From Abditibacterium sp. (GTDB lineage Bacteria; Armatimonadota; Abditibacteriia; Abditibacteriales; Abditibacteriaceae), in the NCBI GenBank assembly GCA_965199495.1, contig CBDASK010000003.1:2368001-2432000 (forward strand): 64,000 bases of DNA, written 5' to 3'. The position numbers and the translations under genes are program-made. Shown in pieces: positions 29,398 to 38,736 of this stretch; position 1 is the first letter of the stretch, and each line of letters begins with the position of its first letter. The notes under the pieces are model-generated. The model made no database searches and had not been told where the DNA came from. It saw only the letters and a list, made by a program, of their open reading frames with translations.

Positions 29398-29922
29398 TCA
29401 TGTCCATTCGGCGGTCGTCGTCACAGTCGCTTGACGTGGAAAGATTTTCTCGCATAAAAACGCGTGCGTTTCGTCGTCCATATCGGCACAAACATCGGAT
29501 AAAACCGTGATTTCAAAGTCTTTGTCCGCCGCTTCGCGCACCGTGGATAAAACGACGCCGCTCGTGGCGATGCCCGCCAAAACCAGATGGCGGATGTTAC
29601 CCGCGCGCAGCACAATTTCCAAATCGCTGCCGCTAAACGCGCTGACGCGGCGCTTGGTTACCACAATATCATCACCAACGGGCGCGATTGTCGGCTGCGG
29701 ATTGGTCAATTGTGGCGCCCGTTGCTTTTGCGATTCGCTGGCTTCGGGCGCGCCTTCGCGGAAACCGACAACGACATAAATCACGCGCATTTGCTTTTGG
29801 CGCGCCACAGCCACAGCGGCTTTGACTTTTGCCAGATAGGCGTCTTTATCGAGCAACATTGCCAAGATGGCGTCTTGCACATCCATAATCAGGAGCGCGG
29901 AATTGGAAGTTTCGTTTGACAT
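29398..29922 (-). CDS. Isochorismatase-family cysteine hydrolase
   Basis: ALLIMDVQ, KRRVSAFSGS, GIATSGVVLST. Confidence 0.88.
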   Translation of the reverse strand: MSNETSNSALLIMDVQDAILAMLLDKDAYLAKVKAAVAVARQKQMRVIYVVVGFREGAPEASESQKQRAPQLTNPQPTIAPVGDDIVVTKRRVSAFSGSDLEIVLRAGNIRHLVLAGIATSGVVLSTVREAADKDFEITVLSDVCADMDDETHAFLCEKIFPRQATVTTTAEWT

Positions 29923-29985
29923 ATTCTCACTGGCGAGTGCGAAACTGACGCCAGAGATTTCGTCTCTTCACCCTAATTTTCACCG

Positions 29986-31218
29986 ATGCCAAACGAGACG
30001 CGAAACCCAATCAACACACTGATAAGTCAGACGTTTCTTTCATTGCGCAGCCGCAATTACAGGCTGTTTTTCATCGGCCAGACGATTTCCAATACCGGCA
30101 ATTGGCTCACGCGCGTCGCGCTAATCCTGTTAATTCTCAAACTCACCCGCAGCGGATTTTCGGTCGGTTTAATTACGGCCTGCGAGTTTGGGCCGGTGCT
30201 ATTTCTCTCGGCGTGGGCGGGCGCGCTGGCCGACCGTTATGACAAACGCCGTTGCCTTCTGTGGACGCAAAGTCTGGAAATGGCGCAGTCGTTTGGGCTG
30301 GCGGCGCTGGCGTTTCTGCCGCATCCGCCGCTCGCGGGATTATATGGATTGGCGCTGGTCGGCGGCATATTTCTGGCGTTCGACAATCCGTTTCGGCGCT
30401 CGCTCGTGCCCGAATTGGTGCCCGACGAAGACCTGCCCAACGCGGTCGTGCTTTACAGCACAATCGTCAACGTTTCGCGGATGTTTGGGCCAGCCTTAGC
30501 CGGTTTTTTAGTCGTAAAATGGGGTTACGGATGGGCTTTCACGCTCGATGCGATCTCTTATCTGGCGGTTTTGGTTTGCCTGCTTTTGATGCGTCCCGCC
30601 GAAATCCGGCGCCAGAAACCCAAGCCGAAACAGCGCGGCGAAATCCTCGAAGGCGTGCGCTACGTGGCGAACAGGCCGACGCTGTGGATTAGCTTCGCCA
30701 TGTTCGGCGCCGTCGGAATGTTGGCGACCAACTTCAGCACAACGTTACCGCTTTTTGTAACCGATTCGTTGCATCGCAGCGACCGCGAATTCACCCTTTT
30801 GTATTCGGTTTTCAGCGCGGGCGCCGTCGTGAGCGCATTAATTGTAGCGCACCGAGGCTTGGTGCGATTGCGAAACATCATCGCCGGCGCGGCACTTTTG
30901 GGTGTAGCGATGTTGATTTTGGCGCTGATGCCGAACGTCGCCACGGCGACCGTCGCGGTATTTTTGGTTGGCATGGCGAGCATTTTGTATTTGACTGCGA
31001 CGACTGCCTTGGTGCAGGTCGAGGCCGCGCGCGCGATGCGCGGGCGCGTGCTGTCATTTCAGGCGGTTTTGATGGGCGGCACGCGCTTATTGGGCGGCCC
31101 GCTTCTGGGCTGGCTCGCCGACAAAAGCGGCGGACGCGTGCCGCTTATCGTAGGCGCGCTCGCGTGTCTGGCGGCGGCGGCGCTGGGACATTTGGCGACG
31201 CGGCGCTACGAAATTTAG
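29986..31218 (+). CDS. MFS transporter
   Basis: About 12 TM segments; GALADRYDKRR motif. Confidence 0.9.
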   Translation: MPNETRNPINTLISQTFLSLRSRNYRLFFIGQTISNTGNWLTRVALILLILKLTRSGFSVGLITACEFGPVLFLSAWAGALADRYDKRRCLLWTQSLEMAQSFGLAALAFLPHPPLAGLYGLALVGGIFLAFDNPFRRSLVPELVPDEDLPNAVVLYSTIVNVSRMFGPALAGFLVVKWGYGWAFTLDAISYLAVLVCLLLMRPAEIRRQKPKPKQRGEILEGVRYVANRPTLWISFAMFGAVGMLATNFSTTLPLFVTDSLHRSDREFTLLYSVFSAGAVVSALIVAHRGLVRLRNIIAGAALLGVAMLILALMPNVATATVAVFLVGMASILYLTATTALVQVEAARAMRGRVLSFQAVLMGGTRLLGGPLLGWLADKSGGRVPLIVGALACLAAAALGHLATRRYEI

Positions 31219-31255
31219 GAATTGCATATCGGGAGCGGGGAGCGGGGCTTGCGCA

Positions 31256-31494
31256 CAATGGCATTAAGTTAAGGAGATATTGAACATAAAATCGCTTTGT
31301 CATTCCGAGCGCCGGGGCGACGCCAGTCGCGCCGGAGCCGAGGAATCTTTTGACCCCGCGTCAGCGGAAATAACGGAGCCTTCAACGTGCGCTGCCGCGC
31401 GGGCGTAAGATTCCTCGACTTCGGCGCGACTGCGTCGCTCCTGCGCTCGGAATGACAAAGCAGGCGAAAGATTTCGCTTAACTTAATGCCATTG
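31256..31494. mobile_element. 239-bp non-autonomous element (MITE) with IS4-family-like ends
   Basis: Perfect 18-bp TIR CAATGGCATTAAGTTAAG (31256-31273 and 31477-31494); 10-bp direct repeat GGCTTGCGCA at 31246-31255 and 31495-31504; no transposase. Confidence 0.82.
31294..31461. repeat. GTCAT-family palindrome inside the MITE
   Basis: GCTTTGTCATTCCGAGCG...GAGGAATCTT facing AAGATTCCTCG...CGCTCGGAATGACAAAGC. Confidence 0.82.
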
Positions 31495-31662
31495 GGCTTG
31501 CGCACCCTTCCAATCGGCAGATTTTCCTCGAACTGTTGCAAGATTGGAAGGGTGCGCAAGCCCCGCTCCCCGCACTTGCGCGCCTCTGTGCGACGATTCA
31601 GTTAGACCACTCAATCCGTAGCCCGGCGCGCAACCAAAACGTTTAAACTGGCGCTCGCAATC

Positions 31663-33054
31663 ATGAGTTCTTCCCCCAAGCCGCTGTGGAGCGGACGTTT
31701 CGAGAGCGCGCCCGACGCAGCGATGCTCCAATTTTCGACTTCGCTGCCCTTCGATTGTCGTTTGTGGCGCTACGATATTCGCGGCTCGCAAGCCCACGTT
31801 TCGATGTTGGGCGCGCAAAACATTATTCCCGCCGATGAAGCGCATCAAATTCGCGACGAACTGGGCCGACTCGCCGACGATTTGGAAAGCGGCGCGCTTG
31901 ATTTTGCTGATGCGCCCGACGAAGATATTCATTCGTGGGTCGAGCGCCATTTGACGCAGCGATTGGGGCCAATCGCGGGCAAACTGCACACGGCGCGCTC
32001 GCGCAACGATCAAATCGCGCTGGATGTGCGGCTTTATCTCAAAGACGCTTTGAGCGCGACCATCGAAGCTGTGCGTGCGCTGCAAAGCGTTTTAGTGGCG
32101 CAAGCCGAAGCGCATCTGGGCGCGATTATGCCGGGTTACACGCATTTGCAGCGCGCGCAACCGGTGTTATTGTCGCATCATTTGCTGGCCTATTTCCAAA
32201 TGTTTTCGCGCGACTGCGAGCGATTGGAACAATGTTTGACGCGCGCTGATGTCTTGCCGCTCGGCGTGGCTGCTCTGGCGGGCACGGGTTTTCCGATTGA
32301 CCGGCAAATGGTCGCCGATGAACTCGGATTTGCGCGCATCTCGGAAAATTCGCTCGATACCGTCGCCGACCGCGATCATTTGATCGAGAGCGTGGGGGCT
32401 TTGTCAATTATCGCGTTGCACCTGTCGCGATTGGGCGAAGAGTGGGTGAATTGGAGCAGCAAAGAGTTCGATTTTTGTCGTTTGGACGACCGCTTTTCGA
32501 CGGGCAGTTCGATTATGCCGCAAAAGCGCAACCCCGATTCGATGGAATTGGTGCGCGGCAAATCGGCGCGCGTGTTGGGCGATTTGACCGCGCTGTGGAC
32601 GCTCGTCAAAGGTTTGCCATTGACTTATAATCGCGATTTGCAGGAAGACAAAGAGCCATTGTTCGACGCGTTCGATACCGTTTTGGGCAGCCTACAAATC
32701 GCGCGCGGCGTAGTCGAAACCACAACTTTTAACGTCGAGCGCATGAAAGCCATCGCGGGCGGCGGATTTTCGCCCGCGACTGATGTCGCCGATTATCTGG
32801 TGCGTCGCGGCGTGCCATTTCGCGAGGCGCACGAAATCACCGGTGCCGCCGTTCGTTTGTGCGAGAGCAGCCACCGCGAACTGCCCGATTTAACGCTGGA
32901 AGAATGGCGCGCGTTGGACGAACGATTCGACGAAGGCGTATTAGAAGCCGTTAAGGTCGAAGGCAGCGTCGCCGCGCGTGCGTCGCAGGGCGGAACGGCG
33001 CCAGTTCGCGTGCAGGAACAATTGGAGCGGGCGAAAGAAAGTTTGAATAAATAA
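31663..33054 (+). CDS. argH: Argininosuccinate lyase
   Basis: LWSGRF, HTARSRNDQ, PGYTHLQRAQP, GSSIMPQKRNPD. Confidence 0.97.
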   Translation: MSSSPKPLWSGRFESAPDAAMLQFSTSLPFDCRLWRYDIRGSQAHVSMLGAQNIIPADEAHQIRDELGRLADDLESGALDFADAPDEDIHSWVERHLTQRLGPIAGKLHTARSRNDQIALDVRLYLKDALSATIEAVRALQSVLVAQAEAHLGAIMPGYTHLQRAQPVLLSHHLLAYFQMFSRDCERLEQCLTRADVLPLGVAALAGTGFPIDRQMVADELGFARISENSLDTVADRDHLIESVGALSIIALHLSRLGEEWVNWSSKEFDFCRLDDRFSTGSSIMPQKRNPDSMELVRGKSARVLGDLTALWTLVKGLPLTYNRDLQEDKEPLFDAFDTVLGSLQIARGVVETTTFNVERMKAIAGGGFSPATDVADYLVRRGVPFREAHEITGAAVRLCESSHRELPDLTLEEWRALDERFDEGVLEAVKVEGSVAARASQGGTAPVRVQEQLERAKESLNK

Positions 33055-33197
33055 GCCACAGAGTTCACGGAGAACGCACAGAGGGGCACAGAAAAGAACG
33101 AAGAAATTAGAATGTAGATGAATTGTTATTAATTTCTTCGTTCTTTTCTGTGCCCCTCTGTGCGTTCTCCGTGAACTCTGTGGCTTATTTATTCAAA
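33042..33197. repeat. Long perfect palindrome (CCACAGAG/CACAGAG family) between convergent genes
   Basis: 68-bp arms 33042-33109 and 33130-33197; arms include the stop codons of both flanking genes. Confidence 0.88.
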
Positions 33198-33507
33198 TGC
33201 AACCGTCGCTGTCGGCGCGCAAAATTGCGCCCAGCAAACCCGGAAATCGCGCGTCCAAATCGGAGTTGCGCAGCGAATTGTAACAACTGGTGCCCTCGTT
33301 GCGCTGGCGAATGAGTCCGGCCAATCGCAGAACTTTGAAGTGATGCGACATAGTGGATTTGGGCGCGCTTTCGCAAAAGGTGCCGCACGGTAATGCGCCG
33401 TCGTCGGCTAATTGGCGCACGATGCAGAGCCGAATCGGATCGCTGAGCGCGTGCAAAACCTGCGTCAGCTCCAGACACTCGCGCGGCGGATGATGTAGTT
33501 CTCGCAT
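33193..33507 (-). CDS. ArsR-family regulator (Cys-containing, RexT-like), divergent from trxA
   Basis: ALSDPIRL, PCG, KSTMSHHFKVLRLAGLI, RFPGLL. Confidence 0.88.
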   Translation of the reverse strand: MRELHHPPRECLELTQVLHALSDPIRLCIVRQLADDGALPCGTFCESAPKSTMSHHFKVLRLAGLIRQRNEGTSCYNSLRNSDLDARFPGLLGAILRADSDGCI

Positions 33508-33572
33508 AATTCTTCCGATTCCCTGACATCAAATGACGCGCCAAATTTAATCGGGGAACCAAATTTAATTCT

Positions 33573-33596
33573 ATTGTTCTAAATATATCGAACAAT
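33573..33596. promoter_or_regulatory. Palindromic operator between the ArsR gene and trxA
   Basis: ATTGTTCTA-N6-TCGAACAAT. Confidence 0.7.
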
Positions 33597-33644
33597 CGAG
33601 AATTGGCCGCGAGTTTGCGGCAGAGTGAGCGAGGAAAAATCAAA

Positions 33645-33974
33645 ATGTCAAAAATCGAATATCTCAATAATGATAACTTCGGCAGCGAAGTTGAGCAGAA
33701 CGAAGGCACCGTCATCGTGGACTTTACCGCGACTTGGTGCCCGCCCTGCAAAATGTTGGCGCCCGTCTTAGACCGCGTCGCCGAAAAGTATCAGGGCCAG
33801 GCGACGTTCGTCAAAGTGGATATTGACGAGAACGTCGAAGTCGCCGCCAAATATGGCGTGACCACGATTCCCAATCTGTTGTTTTTCAAAAACGGCGAGG
33901 TTGTGGATCAAAGCGTCGGCTTCGTCGCCGAAGGCGCGCTGTCCAGCAAAGTGGACGACGTTTTGGCGAAGTAA
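33645..33974 (+). CDS. trxA: Thioredoxin
   Basis: VDFTATWCPPCK active site, TIPNLLFFKNG. Confidence 0.94.
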   Translation: MSKIEYLNNDNFGSEVEQNEGTVIVDFTATWCPPCKMLAPVLDRVAEKYQGQATFVKVDIDENVEVAAKYGVTTIPNLLFFKNGEVVDQSVGFVAEGALSSKVDDVLAK

Positions 33975-33985
33975 ATTCCGCTTGT

Positions 33986-34027
33986 AAAACAAAAGAGCCA
34001 CGGCAAACGCCGTGGCTCTTTTGTTTT
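33986..34027 (+). terminator. Intrinsic terminator built from an inverted pair of the iterated 9-mer
   Basis: AAAACAAAAG-AGCCACGGC-AAAC-GCCGTGGCT-CTTTTGTTTT. Confidence 0.82.
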
Positions 34028-34063
34028 TGATTTTGACCGTGAAAACGTCATAATCGAATGGTT

Positions 34064-34187
34064 TAGGAGTTACGCAAGGCACCCGTAGAGACACCGACTT
34101 GTCGTGTCTAAAACGTGAGATTCACCACAAATTTACGTTTTAGACACGACAAGTCGGTGTCTCTACGGGTGCCTTGCGTAACTCCTA
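34064..34187. repeat. GTAG-type REP doublet with extended arms
   Basis: 53-bp perfect arms; core identical to the 6907 copy. Confidence 0.88.
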
Positions 34188-34219
34188 TATTTTATGAACC
34201 AATCGTGAAAACACAACGC

Positions 34220-34256
34220 AAAGCGGCCCGCGATATTTATCGCGGGCCGCTTTGTT
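34220..34256 (-). terminator. Terminator after the beta-helix protein gene
   Basis: AAAGCGGCCCGCGATA-TT-TATCGCGGGCCGCTTT. Confidence 0.7.
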
Positions 34257-34269
34257 ACGTCGCCAGACC

Positions 34270-37200
34270 TTACGAATTGCCAGCCGACGGCGCCGTGGCT
34301 GCTGGCGCGGGCCGCGACAAACTGGCTTGCGCCGAACTCGCGTTTGAACCCGCCGTTTCGACGGCGCCGATGTCTTTGCGCGCGCCTTGCGGACGAGCCA
34401 CGCCGCGTTGGTCGGTCGTGGCGCTCGTGTTGCCCGCGTCAATCGCCGGACTGCCGGTTTGCGGCAAACGCGTTTGTGTCGGGCCACCGTTGTTGGCGAG
34501 GGCGCCCAACTTCGGATCGAGCGGCGAGCCAACAGTGCCGCTTTTGTCTCCGGTGCGCGCGCCGTTGCCCGGCGAAACGCCGATCAGGTTATAACCCTGC
34601 GAATTGAGTGCGCCGCTCACGTCAACGCCGTTGCTGCCGCTGTTGAGCGCGAGGATGGAATTTAGGCTGTTGACCGTGCCGCCCACGCTCAAAAGTCCGC
34701 CGCCCGCGCTGCTGGCGCTGTTGCTCGCGACCGTCGCGCTATCGAGCGAGACCGTGCCGCCATCGTTATAGATGCCGCCGCCGCCCTGATCGCTGCCGCC
34801 GCCGTTGGCCGCGTTGCCGCTCAGCGTGCTGTTGCGCACGGCCAGAGAACCGCCTGCCGAATTCCACAGGCCGCCGCCCTCTTGCTGCGCCGTATTGTTG
34901 GACGCGGTGCTGTTGAGAAAGAACACGCGTCCGGCGCCCGAAGTGTGCAAACCGCCGCCGTTAATGCCCGCCGTGTTGCCATTGAGCGTGGCGTTTTGAA
35001 TCGTGGCTTGCCCCGCGTTTTCGATGGCGCCCCCGGCGCGCGCGGTGCTGTTGCTTCTCAAACTGCCGCCATTGATAACCATCGTGCCGCTATTCAAAAT
35101 CGCGCCGCCGTTGCCCAATCCGTTGGTCGCGGTGTTGCCGGTAAAGTTCGTGTTGACGATGTTGGCATTGCCTTTGTTGAACAAGCCACCGCCGCCCAAA
35201 CCGGGCGCATTGCCCAGCGTCGAGTTGCCCATGATGTTGGCGTTGCGCACCGTGAGCGCGCCGCCATCGTTGTATAAACCGCCGCCGCCTGCCTCTTCGC
35301 CCGTGCCCGCCGCCGCGTTGCCGCGAATGGTTGTGCCATCCACAACTAAAGTGCCCGTGCCCGAATTCCACAGCCCGCCGCCTTCGGCCAGAGCGTTGTT
35401 GCCCGTCACTTCGCCGCGCACAAGGGTGACATCGCCCGCACCCGAAATATGCAAACCGCCGCCGTTGCCGGGGCCATTGCCCGCGCCGGTCGAGTTTTGA
35501 ACGAGTTGGGTTTCGGTCAAGCTAATTTTGCCGCCCAGAGTTTCGATGGCGCCGCCCGCGCGATTGGAACGGTTATTTTGCAGTAGGCTCGCGCTCACTG
35601 AAACGGTGCCGCCTTTGTTAAAGAGCGCGCCGCCGCTGCCCGAACCGACGCTCGCCTGATTGTTCGCCAGATTTACGCCACGCACATTGACCATGCCGCC
35701 ATTATTGAAGATGCCGCCGCCGCCTTTTTCGGCGGTCGCGCCCAAAGAAACGTTGTCGCGCAAACTCGAATTTTGCACCGTGAGCGTGGCGCCCGCCTGA
35801 TTCCACAGCGCGCCGCCCTCGCTGGCGGCGGTGTTTTCCAGGAAAGTGCCGCCCGTGATAAACACGGTATCGGCGCCCGAAGTGTGCAGGGCGCCGCCGT
35901 TTCCGGGCGCCGCGCTCGCCGAGTTCGCCCGGAAACCGCTGTTTTCGAGCGAAACGCCGCCCGTCCCGACGGTTTCGATGGCGCCGCCCGCGCGCTGGGC
36001 CGTATTGCGGTTGAACGTGCTGGACTTGACTTGCAGCGCGCCGCCCTTGTTGAGAATCGCGCCGCCCGAACCCGCCGCGCCCGTGGCTGTGTTGGTGTCT
36101 AAAATCGCGTTACGAACCGTAATGGAACCGCCGTCGCCATAAATCGCGCCGCCGCCATTATCGGCATCGGCGCCCGCCGCCGTATTGTTGCTAAACGTCG
36201 TTCCGTCCACAATGAGCGTGCCGCCGCTCGAATTCCACAAACCGCCGCCTTCGCTGGCCGCCGTATTGCCGTTGACGCCGCCGCCTATCACGGTCGTGAT
36301 GCCCGCGCCCGTCACATGAAATGCGCCGCCGTTGCCGGGCGCCGCGCTGCCGTTTGGCCCGGCCACATTTTCAGAAAGCGTGCTGTTAGTTATGGTATTG
36401 GTCGTCGCGCCATTGCTTTCGATGGCGCCGCCCGCGCGATTGGCCCTGTTGCCGCTCGCCCTGCTGTTGGCGAATTCCAGACGCCCGCCGTTATTGAGAA
36501 TGCCGCCGCCGCTACCAGCCACGCCGGTCGCCTCGTTGCTGGACAACGTCGCATTACGCACGCTCAAAATGCCGCCGTCGCTATAAAGCGCGCCGCCACC
36601 GTTATCGGCAGCGTCGCCCGCCGCGACATTGTCGCTAAACGTCGTTCCATCCACGCGCATCACGCCGTCCGCCGAATTCCACAGGCCGCCGCCTTCGAGC
36701 GCCGCCGCGTTACCAGAAACGTTGCCGCCCGCCACGAAAACGTTGGCATTGCCTCCGGCGTGCAAAGCGCCGCCGTTACCGGGCGCGCCCATCGCGCCGC
36801 CCAATGCGCGATTGTTAGTGACTCCCACGTTGCTCAAAACCACGCGTCCGCCCACGGTTTCGATGGCGCCGCCCGCACGGTTGGCGATGTTATTGGTCAA
36901 CGAGCCACCGACAATATTGAGGCTGCCCTTATTCAGAATCGCGCCGCCACTTCCTGCCGTGCCGTTCGCCCGATTGCTTTGCAGCGTCGAATTGCGCACC
37001 GTCGTGGTGCCGCCATCGCTATAAATCGCGCCGCCGCCGTTATCGGCATCGGCGCCCAAAGCGTCATTGTTGATAAACGTCGAATCGGCCACGGTCAGCG
37101 CGCCAGTCGCCGAGTTCCACAAACCGCCGCCCTCGCCGCTCGCGCTGTTCTGGAGAATTTGGGTGTCCGAAATCGAAACGATGTCGGCGCCCGTCATGTG

Positions 37201-37947
37201 TAATGCGCCGCCATTGCCGGGCGCGGCGCCCGTGCTATTGCTCGCCATTTGTCCGCCCACGATGGTGACGCGCGCGCCATCGCGCGTTTCGATACCGCCG
37301 CCCGCGCGATTAGAACGGTTGTCGTTCAACGTGCTGTCGCGCAGTTCGAGCGACGAACCCGCCACGAAAATCGCGCCGCCCGAACCCAACGCGCCCGTCG
37401 CGGAATTTCTGACAAAAATCGAATCGCGCACCACGACAGGGCCGCTCGAATACAACGCGCCGCCACCGTTGGTCGCTGCCGCGCCCGTTGCGGTGTTGTC
37501 ATTGAAATCCACTTTTAACAAAGTCAGACGTCCTGAACCGTTGTTAATGCCACCACCATTCACTGCGTTGCCTCCAATGACAGTCAGATCGGAAATCACT
37601 ACCGTCGCCGCAGGAATATTGAACACGCGAACCGCATTATTACCGCTCACGGCCAAGTTACCCGGCCCACGCAACACGATATTGCTCAAATCAGGCAGCG
37701 CCGAAGCGAGGACAATTGTGCCGCTCACGCCCGTCGCATCAATGAAGTCGTCACCCGCAGCCGCGTTGGCATCGAGAATCGCCTGACGTAGCGACCCCGC
37801 GCCCGCATCGTCGGTGTTAGAAACGGTGAAAGTCGCCGCCCGCGCGTCCGAAGCCGTCAAACTCACAGCCAGACCGCACATCGTGAGGCACAATAAAGTG
37901 CCGGTGCGCCGCGAAGACGGACGCGCAACAGAATTTTTCAAGAACAT
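34270..37947 (-). CDS. Large secreted right-handed beta-helix repeat protein with choice-of-anchor Q-like C-terminus
   Basis: Signal peptide, TFTVSNTDDAGAGSLRQAI, many GGAI/GGGLWN repeats, LANNGGPTQT...SPAIDAG...DQRG..R...DIGAVE. Confidence 0.85.
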   Translation of the reverse strand: MFLKNSVARPSSRRTGTLLCLTMCGLAVSLTASDARAATFTVSNTDDAGAGSLRQAILDANAAAGDDFIDATGVSGTIVLASALPDLSNIVLRGPGNLAVSGNNAVRVFNIPAATVVISDLTVIGGNAVNGGGINNGSGRLTLLKVDFNDNTATGAAATNGGGALYSSGPVVVRDSIFVRNSATGALGSGGAIFVAGSSLELRDSTLNDNRSNRAGGGIETRDGARVTIVGGQMASNSTGAAPGNGGALHMTGADIVSISDTQILQNSASGEGGGLWNSATGALTVADSTFINNDALGADADNGGGAIYSDGGTTTVRNSTLQSNRANGTAGSGGAILNKGSLNIVGGSLTNNIANRAGGAIETVGGRVVLSNVGVTNNRALGGAMGAPGNGGALHAGGNANVFVAGGNVSGNAAALEGGGLWNSADGVMRVDGTTFSDNVAAGDAADNGGGALYSDGGILSVRNATLSSNEATGVAGSGGGILNNGGRLEFANSRASGNRANRAGGAIESNGATTNTITNSTLSENVAGPNGSAAPGNGGAFHVTGAGITTVIGGGVNGNTAASEGGGLWNSSGGTLIVDGTTFSNNTAAGADADNGGGAIYGDGGSITVRNAILDTNTATGAAGSGGAILNKGGALQVKSSTFNRNTAQRAGGAIETVGTGGVSLENSGFRANSASAAPGNGGALHTSGADTVFITGGTFLENTAASEGGALWNQAGATLTVQNSSLRDNVSLGATAEKGGGGIFNNGGMVNVRGVNLANNQASVGSGSGGALFNKGGTVSVSASLLQNNRSNRAGGAIETLGGKISLTETQLVQNSTGAGNGPGNGGGLHISGAGDVTLVRGEVTGNNALAEGGGLWNSGTGTLVVDGTTIRGNAAAGTGEEAGGGGLYNDGGALTVRNANIMGNSTLGNAPGLGGGGLFNKGNANIVNTNFTGNTATNGLGNGGAILNSGTMVINGGSLRSNSTARAGGAIENAGQATIQNATLNGNTAGINGGGLHTSGAGRVFFLNSTASNNTAQQEGGGLWNSAGGSLAVRNSTLSGNAANGGGSDQGGGGIYNDGGTVSLDSATVASNSASSAGGGLLSVGGTVNSLNSILALNSGSNGVDVSGALNSQGYNLIGVSPGNGARTGDKSGTVGSPLDPKLGALANNGGPTQTRLPQTGSPAIDAGNTSATTDQRGVARPQGARKDIGAVETAGSNASSAQASLSRPAPAATAPSAGNS

Positions 37948-38198
37948 AAAGGGGAGAGAAACCAAGCCCAAATAATCGTGAGCTTATCGAGACCGGCGAA
38001 GGTCGAGAAAGGACGGAGTTTCTGGAAAACTGAGAAATTCCACAGAAAATCGAAGTGCCCCCAGTGTAAGCGCAAAACGAGAAAAAATGTCATAATTGGA
38101 GCAAGAAAAAACCGCAAATAATCATCTATTTTGCGGTTCTTCTTGTCAAACGACGGTGCGACAAAACGGGTTATCTCGGAATTTTTTGTGCTTTGGTT

Positions 38199-38585
38199 TC
38201 ATTCATTTGTCTCGACGGCGTGCGCTTTCAAATCGTCCAGATTGACCCATTCGAGCGTGCTGATATGCGTCGCTTCCAAAACGACGGCGGGCGCAACACC
38301 CGCGTCAAACGCTTCCTGCCAGCGATTGGCGCACAAACACCATTGATCGCCCGGCACAAGGCCGGGAAAATCGTATTGCGGATGCGGCGTGCTTAAATCG
38401 TTGCCGCGACTTTGGGAAAACTCCAAAAACTCGGCGGTGACGCGGGCGCACACGGTATGCACGCCCATATCGCCCGGCCCGGTATCGCAGCAACCGTTGC
38501 GATAATAACCGGTCATCGGATCGAGCGAACACGATTGCAGCGGCTCGCCCAGAACGTTGCGCGCATTGGAAGAAGATTGTGACAT
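38199..38585 (-). CDS. DUF2237 family protein
   Basis: NVLGEPL..CS.DP.TGYYRNGCC...H.VC...WCLCA.RW. Confidence 0.9.
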   Translation of the reverse strand: MSQSSSNARNVLGEPLQSCSLDPMTGYYRNGCCDTGPGDMGVHTVCARVTAEFLEFSQSRGNDLSTPHPQYDFPGLVPGDQWCLCANRWQEAFDAGVAPAVVLEATHISTLEWVNLDDLKAHAVETNE

Positions 38586-38626
38586 AGGGAATGTAAAGTT
38601 TGGAAGATTCGCGCCAACGATTTAAT

Positions 38627-38732
38627 TTGGCCACGAAAAGGCACAAAAGCAACAAAAGGTTTGGACGAACTTTCTTTATTTTTGGCGATGGCTTCCCAAC
38701 TTTTTGTTGCTTTTGTGCCTCTTCGTGGCCAA
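38627..38732. repeat. Palindrome GCCACGAAAAGGCACAAAAG family
   Basis: ~31-bp near-perfect inverted arms. Confidence 0.75.
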
Positions 38733-38736
38733 CGAT

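Larger units (their letters stand above)
31235..31573. repeat. GCGGGGCT..CGCACCCTTCCAATC palindrome interrupted by a MITE
   Basis: Removing 31256-31504 restores perfect 32-bp arms; intact relative at 50295. Confidence 0.8.
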
